Origin: Selaginella moellendorffii
Lineage: Eukaryota > Plantae > Lycopodiophyta
NCBI RefSeq assembly: GCF_000143415.4
Contig: NW_003314271.1
Coordinates: forward strand, 2,276,806 to 2,340,805
Length of the DNA: 64,000 nucleotides
Reading direction: 5' to 3'
Within the stretch, counting starts at the first letter, position 1. Each line of letters opens with the position of its first letter. The translations under genes and the position numbers were made by a program. The notes under the pieces were generated by a model that saw only the letters and a program-made list of their open reading frames with translations, did not search any database and was not told the origin of the DNA. Shown piece after piece: positions 49,401-63,519 of this stretch.

Positions 49401-51300
49401 AAAAATGGACAATAAATGAAGAACAAACATTAGTCCCACATCTCTGTAAAAGAAGCTTCTAAAGAGAAAAAAAACAAAACATCGTTCTAGTAAAGCATAT
49501 TTTCACCATAATGGATAAGGTAGAAAATGTGTGGACCCTGCATTACTTTAGAAATATTGAAGAGTTTTACCTCCATAAAGGTTAGACAATCGATTAAGCC
49601 AGACGAAAAGAGACACGCTAAGCCGCAAGCTTGTCACTCTTTCCCGTGGAACCAAAGGGCTTGGGAGGCTTGGAGAAGTCCTCGTCCGGGAAGTAGCGCC
49701 TCCTCATCTTGCAGATTGAGTTCCACTTGCAAGAGCACCAGCCTCAAGATCCGGAGTCGTTTTGGTGGTGCCCAAGCTCTTGTATGCCACCAAAGAGTGA
49801 CTTGTATGGAGCGGTCGAGGACGAGAATGGAGGAAGCCAACTTGGTGAGAGAATACAGCAAGCACGCCGGCCAGCTATTGCCAGCGGGGAGGAATGCCCC
49901 ACAGGCAATAGGTTTCACGGCCATACTTGTGCAGCCCCATCCCAAATACGATCGATCAGCAAAAATAGACGATAAATCATCTTTGTAAAAAGAAGCCCCT
50001 AAAGAGAAACAAATGAAAAAAAACATCAATATTTTCACCATAATATAAAAATGAAATTAAGGTAGAAGTCGAGAAATAAAAATGCACTCCATAACTCCAT
50101 AAAGGTTTGAAAGATTAGTTTTGGTTTAAGCCAGACTAAAAGTACAAACCCTGGAAAAACGGGAGATTATAAGTTCACATACCATCAATCCACCTCTTTT
50201 GCCCAGCTGAATTTCGCCACCGCCCAGCACGAGTTGTGCTAGCCTGCACGCACGAAAAGAAAACGAAAAATGAACACGAGTACTTTTGGTAGAGCAAGTT
50301 CACACGAACCTGAAATGCTGTTGACAGATTTTGCCCTTGTAAACTCTGTATGGATCAGTAGGAAATATGATCCAGCAGATAATCTTGTTCTTGTTGTGAC
50401 CTTCGACCGCCGCGTTCAACATCTCAAATCACCCACAACAATTTGCACCGACCTGGCTGGTGACATTCTTTTAGAGACTTCAACTACGTGGTTCCAAGAC
50501 ATGATGGCGTCTTATGTAGTTGAGTGTCAGTGGTCTAAAGTCTGAATCATCATTCCGTACTAAAGCCTTCACAAAAAAGTTTTTCACAGAAGTTCAAGTT
50601 AAAACAGAATACCTCAAACATTTGCCCATTAGAGGAAATACTGAGAGGAGAAGAGACTTTACCTTAAATTTGGCGTTGAAGGAGAGGAGAGGACAGGACA
50701 GGAAAAGGACGTGATGAGCGACGCAGTTCAGAGCCACGATCAGTCCAAAACAACACCCCCGGTCCTTCCTCTCCCCTTTCAGCCCCCCCGAGGGAGAGAC
50801 GGATCTTGTCCAAGGTCCTGGAGATGGAAGGTGTTGTTTTGGAACAATTGTCATGGAACTGTGTGGCCTTATGGAGCGATGAAAGGGCCACTGAGCAAGA
50901 AGGAAGTGCTGAGATTGTCAAGAAGCTGGCCGAAACACTGAAAGTGACTGAAAGCCGTTCACTCGACTCGAGTGGTGTTGTTCATCGTGATCTCAAGCTG
51001 GAGAAGGCTCGATTCAAGCGCCGTCAAGAGAGACGAGCCAGTGATGGGTGGCGATCCAAGAGAGATACAGGGAGATGTCACAGTACTGTGGGTGCGATGT
51101 GTGACAAAATTATACTTAGTGGGGATCTTAGCTCTTACGGAGACGGGATCATCTCTGTCGGTGGATGTTGGGGCTTCTTTGCTGCGCGAGGGGAGTCCCA
51201 GCGGCCAATGGATCTGTCGCAAAAAGTGAAAAATATGAATGCAGATTGAAACATTCTATTGTTAACTTACTGCTAGAATGCGACTATAAAATCAATATTA
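46500..51300. pseudogene. Rearranged mosaic: NmrA/CIA30 (HCF173-like) fragments in both orientations, broken copies of protein B, kinase-like HRDLK fragment
   Basis: VVGAT...KLQLRGYKVK and FEGLVLRVCGDGKRYSLILE; 46870-47320 is inverted at 50170-50670; protein-B pieces at 48040-48340 and 49630-49760. Confidence 0.7.
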
Positions 51301-51867
51301 GCAAGGTTTAATCACACTAACAAGTTTGCCCAATCAAGGTGTTTAAAAACTATTTTGTTTCTTTTATTTTTATTTTTCATGTGTTTCAGTTCATTGGACT
51401 GAATGGAGAAAGTCATCTTCCTACAAAGTTCTTTTAGATTGTTTGTCTTGTTTTTCTTTCGATACTGTGCTGGATCTTCAATACAAAAGGTCCTCTACTG
51501 GAAGAGAAGATGAAGGTAGGATCAGTTTTGTTGTTCTTATTTCTAAGGTCTTGGTGTCGAAAATATGAACGAAAGGACTGGAAATTCTATCGAATTACTA
51601 TCAAATTTCTCTTCTCGAGAGCACATTCTACGCAGGCTTAGCTGCCAGTTGCGCCTTTGATCAAATGATCAACGTTCATAGCAATTGTATGGACATTCAG
51701 CTACGAAACAAACTCCAGCAGCACGAAAAAATTTCGCCGGACCTTCGTCTTTTACACCCGTCCAGGCTGATCATCCATTCCTGGATCTCCGCAACTAGAA
51801 AAGGTTTTAAAGCCTAGCATTGCAATGCATTAAATGACGAGCGAAAAGAAGGAAGAGCACACGAACC

Positions 51868-54211
51868 TTAAGCATTTACATCCAATGCTTGAAACCTTTT
51901 ATCGGCTGCCTCGAACCATGCCTTTCTTGCAGACCCATCGAACAGGACGAAATGTATCTATGCAAAACAAGACGTCTCCACATATGGCTCAAAGATAAAA
52001 CACAAGCAAACGTACTTCTTCAAAGTCGGCAGCGTTTGCATGCACGGCATCCAAGGCAATCGCGGCACCCTCGTCCACAGGGCACCTAAGCAGAGAAAAT
52101 ACGAGCAGTTTCCAAAGGAAAGAAAAACGAAAGGCCAGAGACTAACAAACTTACCCGTAGATTCCACACGAGATGGCAGGAAATGCGATGAACTTGACGC
52201 CTTTCTCCCTCGCAAGCTCGAGTGAGTTGCTGCGAGGAGGAAGATTAGAAACAAGGAAACAAACCAGAAACTAGAGACATGTACTGGTATGCATCTCGTA
52301 GCAGAGCAGCTGCCTTTACTCTGGATGATTTGAAATACATTGGCCCAACCGTGTGGATGATCCGCGCAACCGGCAGCTCAAAGCCTCTGCGACCAAAGAA
52401 CAAAAGATTTGTCTAAGAAAAAGAATCTACACACGAACACTTACGGTGTTTCCACGGCATGTCCGACTGGGCAGCGCACTCCCGGCTCCACTAGTGGCAA
52501 TTCCCGGCAGGCTTCGCGAAGTTCCTGCCCAGCCGCGTCATGAATAGCTGCAAAAACGCAATGCACGTAAGTGAGATCTCGCGAAAGCTCCGGAACAAGT
52601 TATTCAAATCTAGCCAAATCCGAGTCTATGAGTTTTGATCACACCAACAAACACAAAGTTCCAAGGTTGGGAGAAATTCGCAATGCAAGAAGACCACACA
52701 AAGGAGAAGAGAAAAAAGTTCTCAAGAAAACAATGTAATAGCCATCCAGGAAAAAGAAAGAAAAAAAAAAAACCACGATATCGATCCAATCGGGGCCTGC
52801 ATTTCTCAAAGGAAAAAATGTAACAGCCATCCAAGGGAAAAAAAAAAAAAAAAAAAAACCATTCCCGCGATATCAATCCAACCAGCATGCATCCAAGAAG
52901 AAAACGAGGCAAACGATGCGATCGATCCAAAATGCCCTGGAAAAATCCCAAAGCCAACCAAGCAAGAATGCTCCCAGAAAACCCCCAATCACGCGAGAAG
53001 AAGAACAAGAACCTAGATGATCAAGGATCGCGTTGCTTACCTCCATCCACGCCGCCGCCGCCGAGCATCCGCTCGTTAGCCGCATTGACGATCGCATCGC
53101 TGTGCCCATCCTTGCACCAGATCGTGATATCGCCGCCCTGAAGAACCAGCTTGCAAGATTCCGTGAGCTTGTACGCCGCCGCCGCCGCCGCCTCATCTCT
53201 GGGACGAGGGATCTTCTTGCACGAAATAAACCGATCGAACAGCGCGAACGCCTTCTTCTTCCTGCCCGCCATAGCTTCTTCTTCCTCCTCCTCCTCTCTC
53301 CTCCTTTTCGAGAAAAAAGAAGAGGGTTTTGCCTCCAGCCAAGATTGGCTCTCTCTCGAATCGGGGAGAGAGATCGCCCGCGATCGCACATTCCATGTCA
53401 GGTAGGGAGAAGATCCCGGATAACCGCTGCTGGCATCTCCTCCTTGCGAGGCCTCCAATCTCGCCACGAAATTTCTAGCTCCAGAGCCACCGCTGAAAGG
53501 ATTCATGATGTTCGATCGCAAGGACGCGTCACGACTCCACGATCTTGGCTTCGCCGGGCCCGATTCCAGCTGCTCTTCCACTCGGATTTCCTTCTTCTTC
53601 CCTGGATTTCCATCGGCGACGGCATCTGGCCGCGCCTCCCGATCGCTGGCGCTGCTCTTTGTCGGCCGCCAATCTTTGTCTAGAATCTCCCAGCGCTGGC
53701 GCCAGTGCTGCTCGTCCCTGTCGATCTTGCCATTCCCGCCCGAGAACCCTCGATCGCGCGGCAACTTGCCGGAGAAGACCCTATCCCTCGTCGCGGCATT
53801 TGCGTGCCCCGACAGCGGCATTTCTCTCTCTCGCGGCATCGCCTCGATTTCGTCCTCCGACGACGATGGATCAGGGAGGAGATCGAGAATGACGGGATCC
53901 ATCCGGAGCTCCTCGTCTTCTTCGTCGCTCGATTGACCATCGCTAGTACCTGGATTACCTTCTTCCTCTTCGTCTCCTTCTTTTTCCTCTTCCTCCTCTT
54001 CTTCTTCTTCGCTTCCTTGTTCTTCGCCTTCTTCTCCCTCCTCCTCTTCTTCGTCTTCTTCCTCTTCTTCGCTGCCTTGTTCTTGCGCTTCTTTCTCTTC
54101 CTCCCTAGCGATTTCTACCCCGCGATCATGGCCGCCAGCCTCATCGCGCAGAAAGTAGGCCGCGGCGACTAGAAAAGCGTGCTCCTTTCGTCCGATCACC
54201 TCGTCCGCCAT
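51868..54211 (-). CDS. Macrodomain (MacroD/YmdB-like ADP-ribose-binding/hydrolase) protein with long acidic N-terminal extension
   Basis: GDIT, DAIVNAAN..MLGGGGVDG|AIH.AAG, IIHTVGP, IAFPAISCGIYG|YP. The start is uncertain (54211 or 53272). Confidence 0.88.
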
Positions 54212-55183
54212 GGAATGACCACCTAGGGCATTTCTTAACAATGGACAGCCTACGTTATAATTTGTAAGGCTTCTTAGGGTAAACCCATTATAAAGTAATC
54301 TACGTATCTTTAGATTTTTGTGACTAATCACTTCCATTTCGCAGGCTTGGACAAACGTCCCCCTGGCTGGGGCTGGTGTTTTAAGAGTCTTCAAAGAGAT
54401 GGAATCAGAGTTATCCATATTGAAAACTGCAGTGTGACAAGCTTTTTGTTCTTAGAAGAACTTCTCAGTAGACGTCAATGGAATAAAAATAAGTCAATGA
54501 AAAGTCAATAAAAATCAAAGAAAGCCTATACCCCATAAACTCATGAAGGATCAAACTCATAATCAAATAGAGCAAAGGATTCTGAGATCCCGAGAATTTC
54601 ACTGTTGGAAAATAAAAGTGGGAAGCAAGGGAGTGAGGATTAAGCTAGGCCTCATGCCACTCTTTGGGGATTCAATATTTAACAATGTTTTTTGGAGTGC
54701 GCTTTAGAGTAGAGAGTATTTTGTTGCTTACAAGCATCTTGAGTGTTGGCTTAATTGAAGTGCATTTATGGATGTAGGTTCTTTTATTTGAATAATAAGT
54801 GTGTTTCTATTGATGTTCCAAGTACTTTGGAGTGTGATCTGGAGGCATTTGCAATGTGCTGTGAGGCTGAGTGACATGTGCACACTTGTTTTGCAGGCTG
54901 CCACTAGCAAGAAGAGAGCAACCAAGTTGTATTAGTGAGAGATCAAGAAAACATTGCCAAGCTAATGTGTTGGATATTGCATGCTATATGGCTTGAGTGA
55001 CAAGTTTGTTCATCACACCTTCTTCACATGCAAATGATTTCTCTAACACCAAGGGAGAATTAGCTTCTGGAGTGCAAGTTTCTTTTGTTGATCTCTAAAC
55101 TAATACTATTATGACATCTTCTTGAAGAGTTGAATGTAGGGAGATGGCCAAAGGTGGATCTTGTTTAGGACCAAGTGAACCCT

Positions 55184-58020
55184 CTACAAAGCATGAGAAG
55201 CAATGTGAGCAAGAATATTGGCCGGACCAGCCTTCTCTGCATCAATCTCTGGAACCTGGATGATGGACTGATCCACGATATCACCAGAGTGCAAACACGC
55301 TTTAAGCTTGCTCACATGGAACGTTGGATGAATCTTCGAACTAACTAGCAAGTCCAAAGTGTATGCAAGATCCCCTACACGCTGTAAAATTGTCCAAGGT
55401 CCACAATACCGTGGAGACAACTTAGCACTGCCACCTCCTTTTAGAGACCGTTGTGCATCCGACAGCTTAAGGAAAACCTTGTCACCAACTTTGTACTCTT
55501 GATGACGACGATGCTCATCAGCCAATCTTTTGTCTCGTTCTTGAGCTTGCCTCATGTTCAATTTTGCCAACTCAAGCTTGTCTTGCATATCCTCCAGGAA
55601 ATCACAAGCATGAGGAACCCGAACCAAAGCCAAATTCAAACTCACAGGAGACCTAGGCTCATAACCATACATCGCCATAAAAGGAGACATGCCAATAGCC
55701 GATTGATGAGCGCTATTGTGAGCAAACTGAAGCAAAGGCAAGTATTTTTCCCATACTCCCTGTCGAGTCAAGTTTCCCACAAAAGACCGTAGCATATCTT
55801 CTAATAGCTGATTCATGCGCTCTGTCTGCCCATCAGATTGTGGATGCTCACCACTACTCATGCTCAGTTTAGTCTCTAGTTTTTCAAAGACCGTTTGCCA
55901 AAACTTGGACGTGAACTTAGGATCCCGATCACTCACAATGTCACCCGGCAAACCATAGAGACTGAATAACCGGTCTACAAACAACTGAGCAAGTTCAGAA
56001 GCTTTTATCGTTGTCTTCACAGGGAAGAAGTGAGCCATCTTCATCAAACGATCCACAACAACCCAAATAGCATCATTTCCTCGAAAGGTTTTGGGCAAAC
56101 CAGTGATAAAGTCCATCGAGATGCTATCCCACTTATTCTCGGGTACACGTAAAGGATGATAGAGGCCAGCGAGCTTCTGATGATCAACTTTGACCGCCTG
56201 GCAGGTCAAACAACCACGTACGTGCTTCTCAACATCTGACTTCATCCCAGGCCAAAAGAAATGCCTCTTCACCAACATATACGTTCTCAATACCCCCGGA
56301 TGCCCAGCACTTGGAACATCATGACACTCAACCAAAATCCGTTTGATGAGTTTGTCAACACAAGGAACCACAACACGTCCCTTCTTCACCAGGATTCCAT
56401 CTCGTATTTCGAATGACGCAAACTTGTCACCCTTTAAATCTGTAGAGGCGTCCCTCAACAAAACCTTCGCGCGAATACCAGTGATAAAGGAGTCGAAGTC
56501 AGCAAACTCCTTAAGCTCATCCAAGAGATCGTTGGATAGCTTCACGAACGAGATAGAATTTACCATCCTGAATAACACATCAGCCACCTTATTGTCACCT
56601 CCATGCTTGTACCGGATCTTAATAGACATTTCCTGCAGGAATTCTTGCCAACGAGCAAGGCGGCCTCGAAGATCCACATCTGGAGAGACTGATGATCTGA
56701 AACTACATGGAAGTCCGATCCATATAGATAATGTCGCCATTCTTGAGTAGGTCAATTCTGCTGTGTGATATCAAACTTGTGGCTCATGAAGGCGAGAGAC
56801 TGCCTAACTTGAAGCAATACGGCCTCAAAAGCACTATCACTCACATCATTGCCTATAATTTCCACCACAGTCACCTTATTATTCATTGACCCCTTCAGAA
56901 CAATCCTTGCTCTGATGTCCAGCTCTATGGCAACGAAAACAATTGCCCTCCGCCTTGTCTTTCTCTCGCTGGTCCAAACGAAGTTTCTTAGCTTCACTGC
57001 CATCTTCATGCTTCGAGCCACAACGGATTAACGACCGTTTCTTCCCCAAATATGAAGAATTAGCAAGCTGGTCATCACGTTGACTACTTCGTGGACTATC
57101 TCGTTGACCAGAGTTGACCGAGTTGACTGACGTTTCGGGCGAAAAGATCTGAGCCTTAGTGATAGCATCAGTCAACGTTGCTGGAAAATCCTTTTTGACC
57201 TTTTGCTGCACATCCACCGAGCTCAATCCTTTGATAAAACATTGCACCTTTAGCAGCTCATTATAGGTGCCCGTGAGACTAAGGCAAAGATCACGGAACT
57301 TGCGGGCATACGCATCCAAAGACAAAGTCCCCTGCCGGATCTCTAACAACTGATTCACGAGATCAACCTCTTCAAACTTCTTGACAAACGAAGCGCGGAA
57401 AACCTTTGTCAAATCAGTCCAAGACGTCGGCGTCGGATTAGCTTTGATGTAGTTCTTCCACCACGAAGAAGCATGGCCCGTAAGCTTCGTCACAAAGAAA
57501 TCTATCTTCACCTTATCCTCACAAGGATTGTGAGACCAACAACTTTCCCACAATTCCAACCAAGAATCAACCTCTTGACTATCACAAACATCCGGTGATG
57601 ATTTCCATTCCACGATACCATAATCCTTGGCATGCTTGACGTACCAATGGTAATCACGGACATGAGATTGATTCAACCCTTGAGGGTTCATGCGAAGCAA
57701 GAAATCCTTGATGAGATTGACGGAATCCTTAACCTCCTTTATGTCGCTTTGAACTGCAGAAATCTGGCGTCCTTGCTGCACAACAACATCATCAAGAGTC
57801 TCTTCTGCATCGTTATGGCTATCCTCACTAATGCCATACTCCTCATCAGGATCAATATCTTGCTCTCCCGCCATCCCCAAAAGAACGTGCTGCTCCGATA
57901 CCAATGAAACGAACAAGAGAGCGAACCCTAGGCCCACCTCCCAACCCTTAAGGCGTTACGGCCTTAAATCCCACAGGCCATAGAATATTCTTGGAATATT
58001 CCCGTGGTTCGTGTCAGTTA
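55184..58020 (-). mobile_element. Internally deleted Ty3/gypsy retrotransposon (gag + RNase H end + integrase)
   Basis: gag with CFRCHRAGHQSKDC knuckle; integrase HHCC (H..P.AGH...C..C), ISMDFITGLP, SDRD, HPQSDGQTER, GPY-like region; PBS present; no RT. Confidence 0.92.
57892..57903 (-). promoter_or_regulatory. Primer-binding site for tRNA-iMet (TGGTATCGGAGC)
   Basis: Follows the LTR end ...TTTCA and precedes the gag ATG at 57874. Confidence 0.85.
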
Positions 58021-58629
58021 GGTTGACCTTTCTGAGGAGTGTGCCTAATAAAAACCATGCTTGGAGTTTGAGAGCAAGCAGAACAAACCTAAGATTAAGA
58101 AAAGGGGATGGAGCAAGCTTTCCCTAAGCAGGAGATTCTGTAGGAGGATCACAACTAGCACAGGCCTAAGCCTGGATGGTAAGGTAGCAGTGACCAATCT
58201 TTTAGAGGTGATTTCATGTCTTTATACCAAAGAAGACCTTTTGGATGTGGACATGGAGGATTTTCATTATTCTTTAGAAGAGCTTGAGGTTGCCATGGCA
58301 CTTTCAGCACACATAAGGTTCCTTTTAGCTGTGCCACTAAATCTCGATAGAATGGTGCCTCTCATACAAAATCTATGAGTGTCAGTGGATTCCCACAATT
58401 TGGCCGAGAATCTTTGCAATCCTTGCCACAGAGTAATCCAACAAGTTGAGGAAGTGAGGAAGAGCAAGGTGGCTATTGTCCAATATTAACACATGGTGGT
58501 TTTGGAGTTGCTAGAAGTACCACACAAACCAATGTTGATATGGAAGAAGAGAAGATGCTTTTGGGGTATCCCGAGGCAATAATAGAAGAACCAATGCCAT
58601 GGTCAAGTCAACAGAAGACTATATAGATA

Positions 58630-59045
58630 TCTATTTTAGACTCTATCATGGGTCCATTTCGGACTCCATCTCAAGTCCATCTTAGACTTCATCTTGGGTC
58701 CATCTCAGACTCCATCTTAGGTCCATCGCAAACTCCATCTCAAACTCTATCTCAGGTTTATCTCGGACTCCACTTCGAGTCCATCTCGGACTCCATCTCA
58801 AACTCCATCTCGGGTTCATCTCAAATTCCTCCACATATTATGTATTAGTCCTCTTATGTCTCTTTTCTAGAGACTCACTTATTGCTTGCTTTGTGTTTAT
58901 TCTTCGAGCACTTCGTTGAAAGTTCCACTCCCACTCTCGACTTTCCGAATTGGAGCTTTTAATCCAAACGTGTTACTCTTGTTTGACTTCCACTTTGGCC
59001 ACTACCACATGGCACCCTTTCGACTCCACTTTTGGGGCTCTAGGA
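58630..59045. repeat. Second copy of the gactccatct minisatellite + flank element
   Basis: Homologous, in direct orientation, to 15420-16040. Confidence 0.75.
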
Positions 59046-59689
59046 TTTATATCTCATATATTGCAATTGTGCTCAAAACTTTTGTTGATCCTACCTTGCT
59101 CCTAATAAGCATTTGCAAAGGATACAAAGTCGGACTAAGGGTGTAGAAGTTGTGATTGATTTCTTGGTGGTTGAGTTGTCAGGGCACCTTAGGAGAATGA
59201 CTACCTCATCCTTAGTTGCACTTGGTATGAGGTAGTGGATTGTGAAACATGTTAACACTTACAATTTCATACGGCAAGACATGAGCACTCTCCTCAAAAA
59301 CAAAGGCATACTCTTTCTAGACAGCCCAAAGTTGTGAAAATGGTGTAGACTCAAGTTGGAAATGATTTCCTAGTCATTAATCTAGAGCTGCTTCATAATG
59401 AGAATTTACTTGAGTTAGAGGTTTTGGAGGTGGCTAGTGTCTACCTTTTGAGGCCCAACAATTTCTAGAGTAGTGCCTAGCATCAATTTAGGAAGATCAA
59501 GAGTGTTAACATACTAGAAGATCTTCCCTTAATGGTTGTATGCTTTTGCAATAAAGATTGAGCCCAAGAGTCAATACCAAACTCTCCTAGCACAACTTTC
59601 AATGCAAAGGGCTAGGAGCTCTAGCTAAGCTTGGTAGAGGACAATATTGTGGATCCTTTCCCTTTATTTGGAGAAGTTTCCATTCCTCC

Positions 59690-59960
59690 ATTTGTGGCTT
59701 ATATTGATGGAGTTTGGTGCTTGTAATATTGATAAGGTGGTGTTAGTGTATGGATCATTGATGATCAGGATAAGTAGGTTGCCAAGCTCTCCATGCATTT
59801 GCCAGCTTTATCTGTAAATGAGGTTGAGTACGTGGCTGTGATCAATGCCATGGAATTAGTAAAAGAACTAAAGCTCCACCATGTCTAATTCACAAGAGAT
59901 TTGCAACTAATGACTTGCCAACTCAATAGTGAATACCAAGTTTGTCAAGGGCGCCTCAAA
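59690..59960 (+). mobile_element. Decayed RNase HI-type domain of a retroelement
   Basis: AYIDG...NEVEYVAVINAMELVKEL...RDLQLM..QLNSEYQV resembles NxAEYxAL..GL...GDSQLV..Q..GEY. Confidence 0.6.
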
Positions 59961-60313
59961 GACTTGTGGTAGTAAGCAATGTCAATGCCACAAAATTTTA
60001 GAGATGCCATTTTCATTAGCATTCCTTGTAAAGATAATTTTTGGGCTAATTGTCTGTCACATGATGCAATCACAGCCATGGGGAAGCCAAGAGCTTGGAA
60101 TCCCAATGTGTGGCCTCCCTATAGAAGACTTTAGTTGAGATCCCAGCCAAGATGGAGACCGAGGTAGAGCTATATCTTTGTTGCTAGTAGGTTTTTTTAT
60201 CCAGAGAAAAAGAATTAGTCTTTACTCTCAATGAGGAACATGTGACACAACTTATTAGCTTGCTTTAGAGTTTCATTGATGTGTTTGCATAGGATTACAT
60301 CCAACTTCTAGGG

Positions 60314-60413
60314 NNNNNNNNNNNNNNNNNNNNNNNNNNNNNNNNNNNNNNNNNNNNNNNNNNNNNNNNNNNNNNNNNNNNNNNNNNNNNNNNNNNNNNN
60401 NNNNNNNNNNNNN
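60314..60413. other. Assembly gap (100 N)
   Basis: Direct read of the sequence. Confidence 1.
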
Positions 60414-63400
60414 TGGGGAGGGCGCTGACCGACTCACTTGCTCGAGGTTGAGATGGCGGTACCCAGTACTACCGCCTTTGTCTACCACGAGCGACGTGTT
60501 CGGACATGAGTCCCTCTCGTGGACGTGCCGTGCGTTTTGACCGAGTGCTGGACATGCGTAAGCAGCCTCCTCTCAGCATGCCTAAAGCTATTGCACTAGT
60601 GCGTGCTGGCGAGCCTATCCCGTCCACCAACCATTTGAGTGATCATTTAGTTTGTGCTTGTCTATGAACTTTTATCTCATACCTAGGGTATCACGTTCAT
60701 ATTGGACAAGTATATAACTTGATGACAAGAGTTGGTATTTGGGTCTTGTGAAAGCAAGTTGAGGAGTGATTATTAGTTGCTTTGCAACTAGTGATTACTT
60801 GTAGACTTTGTCTAAAGACTGTTGATACTTGCTTCGCTCGATGATGATTTAGCAGTGATGGGCTTGCTTTACTGGATGGTGTTGCGGAGGATCGTGTCGT
60901 TAGACTTACATAGGTTTTCCATGTTGGCATGTCGAGTCTATCTTTGTTAATATCATTTGGTTGCGTTTAGTTCGTGGTGTTGGATTTCATTGAGTCTTGG
61001 ACGTGGTGATTCACTCCTTGAGAAAGTGTTATCCGTGACTGAGTATTGTTGAGAAATTGGTCTTGGATACTGAGTAAAGTATCTCCGACTTTGGTTAGCT
61101 TGGTTGCTAGAGAGTTTTGAGTGGTGATTCACTCTTGCTTTCTGCTAGTTTTGTTCTGTTGTTGATAGCATTGAAGTGATGCCTTGTTGTTGACATTATT
61201 GAGGTTGAGATTCAAAGTGAAATAAGATGTCTCTCCTTAGGATTGATATTGAGTTTCATTAGTCTTGATGAAAAGTGTTGATGATTTGGTTATGGCTTGT
61301 GTTATTAGCATTGGTGCATTTGCTAGTTAGCAACTGTATTGACGTTCAAATGCACTGAGTGGCAAGTTGAGTTAGTTGTGTTCTAGACGAGATTGTTTAG
61401 TAGGGGTTGAGCTTTAGCTTTTCCTTGAAAAGTGATTTAGTCGTGAACTATGCTAACTTCATGAGAGGACGAATTAGTGTTCGATATTAAACTATTTGAG
61501 TCCTTATTGGATTTTAGTTGGGATATATCAATCATTGATGATTCTTCTTATGCTTGCTATGAAGTGAGTTACGTCTTGCTATAGATGGATTCATGGAGGA
61601 TCGTTTGATAATCACTTGTTGAGCATAGCTTCGTTATGCTTAACTTTTGGATTGATGCAGAAATGCTCTTCATTAGCTTTGCATTATAAAGTTTGGCTTA
61701 TGGATATGTTGAGGAGGATATTGTGGGTTGCACCATGATTTCTTCTTTAACATTGAAGTTGGTTCATGCAAGACTTGTGATCATTGTTAGACAAGATATG
61801 GCTATAGGCTTCTTCGAGCTTTTGGTTCTTTGAGGTTTATGCTCATTGTTCCATTTGTTAGAAATTGTTGGGGAAGGCATTTTTTCTCATTAGCTTCGAT
61901 GTTGAAGTTGGCTTTACATCTGGCAATCATTGGTGATGATTGACTATCATTTAGGGTAGTTGATTGTCCTTATCACAAGTTTTGCTTGATTATTGTTGGT
62001 TTGGAATTATTTGCTATTCTTCGGGATGGTAGATTCTTTCTTCAATGATGATTATACATCACTACATTGATGGGTTGATTGACGATCTTTCATGATAGTT
62101 GGTTGTTCTCTTTGATGGCTTTTGGCTTTTCGCAATACCACATGTTCTTTGTGGTTTGCTCTAGATTGGTTTCTTGGGTTTGAGACGTCAGTAGGATGTT
62201 GTTGACACTTGCTTAGGCAACTTGAGTTCCTTGGTATTGTTGGCTGGGATCTATTCAGATTGGCTTTTGTGATAGTTGTCAAGAATGAGTGTTTTACCAC
62301 ATTCATTCTCTTCTGTTGATTGTTGCTCGAGTTAGTTTTAATAGATTTGGATGTTATTTCCTTTGGGTGATACATTCGTGAGCATTGTGCTTGTTAGTCA
62401 ATGATACTTTGTGTTCTTTGAGTTCTCTTTAGTAAGTTGTTGGCTTACTATCTACAATCTTCAGTAGTTAAGTTTTCTTATTGAGTTTACTTGATGATAT
62501 ACTTGCTATTGAATTTTGTTGGATGGTGAATTCTATGTTTTCCAAAGATAGTGATCTTGGTGGTTCCTATACTATAATACTAGTTTATCGGATGATAACT
62601 TACTTGGAATACATTTGTGTTCTAATCTAAGCTTTATTCACTGATAATTAAATCTCTAATATATCATTGTTTATGACTTTGATATAGTCCCTATATCTTG
62701 ATCTTTGAGTTTGGGCCAGTATAGGCAGACTGGCTCCGGCACTTCGTGTGCATATTGAAATCTCTAGTCATGGGGTAGCTACTGTCGACTGGTCACATCA
62801 CCCACCTCTCTGTTGATGTTCCTTATTTTGTTGAAAGGGCGTGGCTGTGTAAACAACTCTCACTGCCTGTTTACAGTAGTCTATCTAAACCTTACCGACG
62901 GGTTTGGTTTCTTTGCTCAGGAGGGTTGGGGCCTCTGGCTTCTCTCTCTATGTCCCTGCGGGCAGGGTGTATCACACTTTTGTAGCTGGGTAACACCCAG
63001 AGCAGCAAGGGTGGCTAACTTCGTTGGTCATTTCCTTGTCGGCGACGGCCGGAAGGTGTCTTAGTTGGTAGCACATCCGTGTTAGACAAAGAGGTTGCCC
63101 CCTAACTCATTTAAGTTGGTGCATTTCTCACATAGTGTGAGTACCGTGAACTTTTTCTAGAGTTGTTTCCTTGGCGGTATTCTAGACTTGAGTATGCATC
63201 GACGAGGACGTCGATCTTCCCAAGGGGGGGAGAGTGTCGCGAATGTGATTTCAGGTATCGAAAGTTACTTGTCAGCCAGTCTTTACGGACACTCTTACCT
63301 TACTGCCACGATGGCAGGAGGTCGGTATTGCTGGACCCGTTATTAGTCTCCGCCTAAGCTAGTTGAGAAACTGGTCATCACATGTGCACTTAGACCGGAA

Positions 63401-63519
63401 GGGCACTAAGGAAGGAAATCCTAAGTTGTCATTTAGTCAAGCAGACTTGACACGGTGATGAGAAACTCATGATGTTGGCTTGCACTTGCTAGTGTTAGGA
63501 ACCCCCACGATATTGAGCT

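Noticed and set aside
60414-63500. Coding potential in the T/G-skewed block
   Set aside because: No sustained ORF or recognisable motif; probably decayed TE interior, which cannot be classified by eye.
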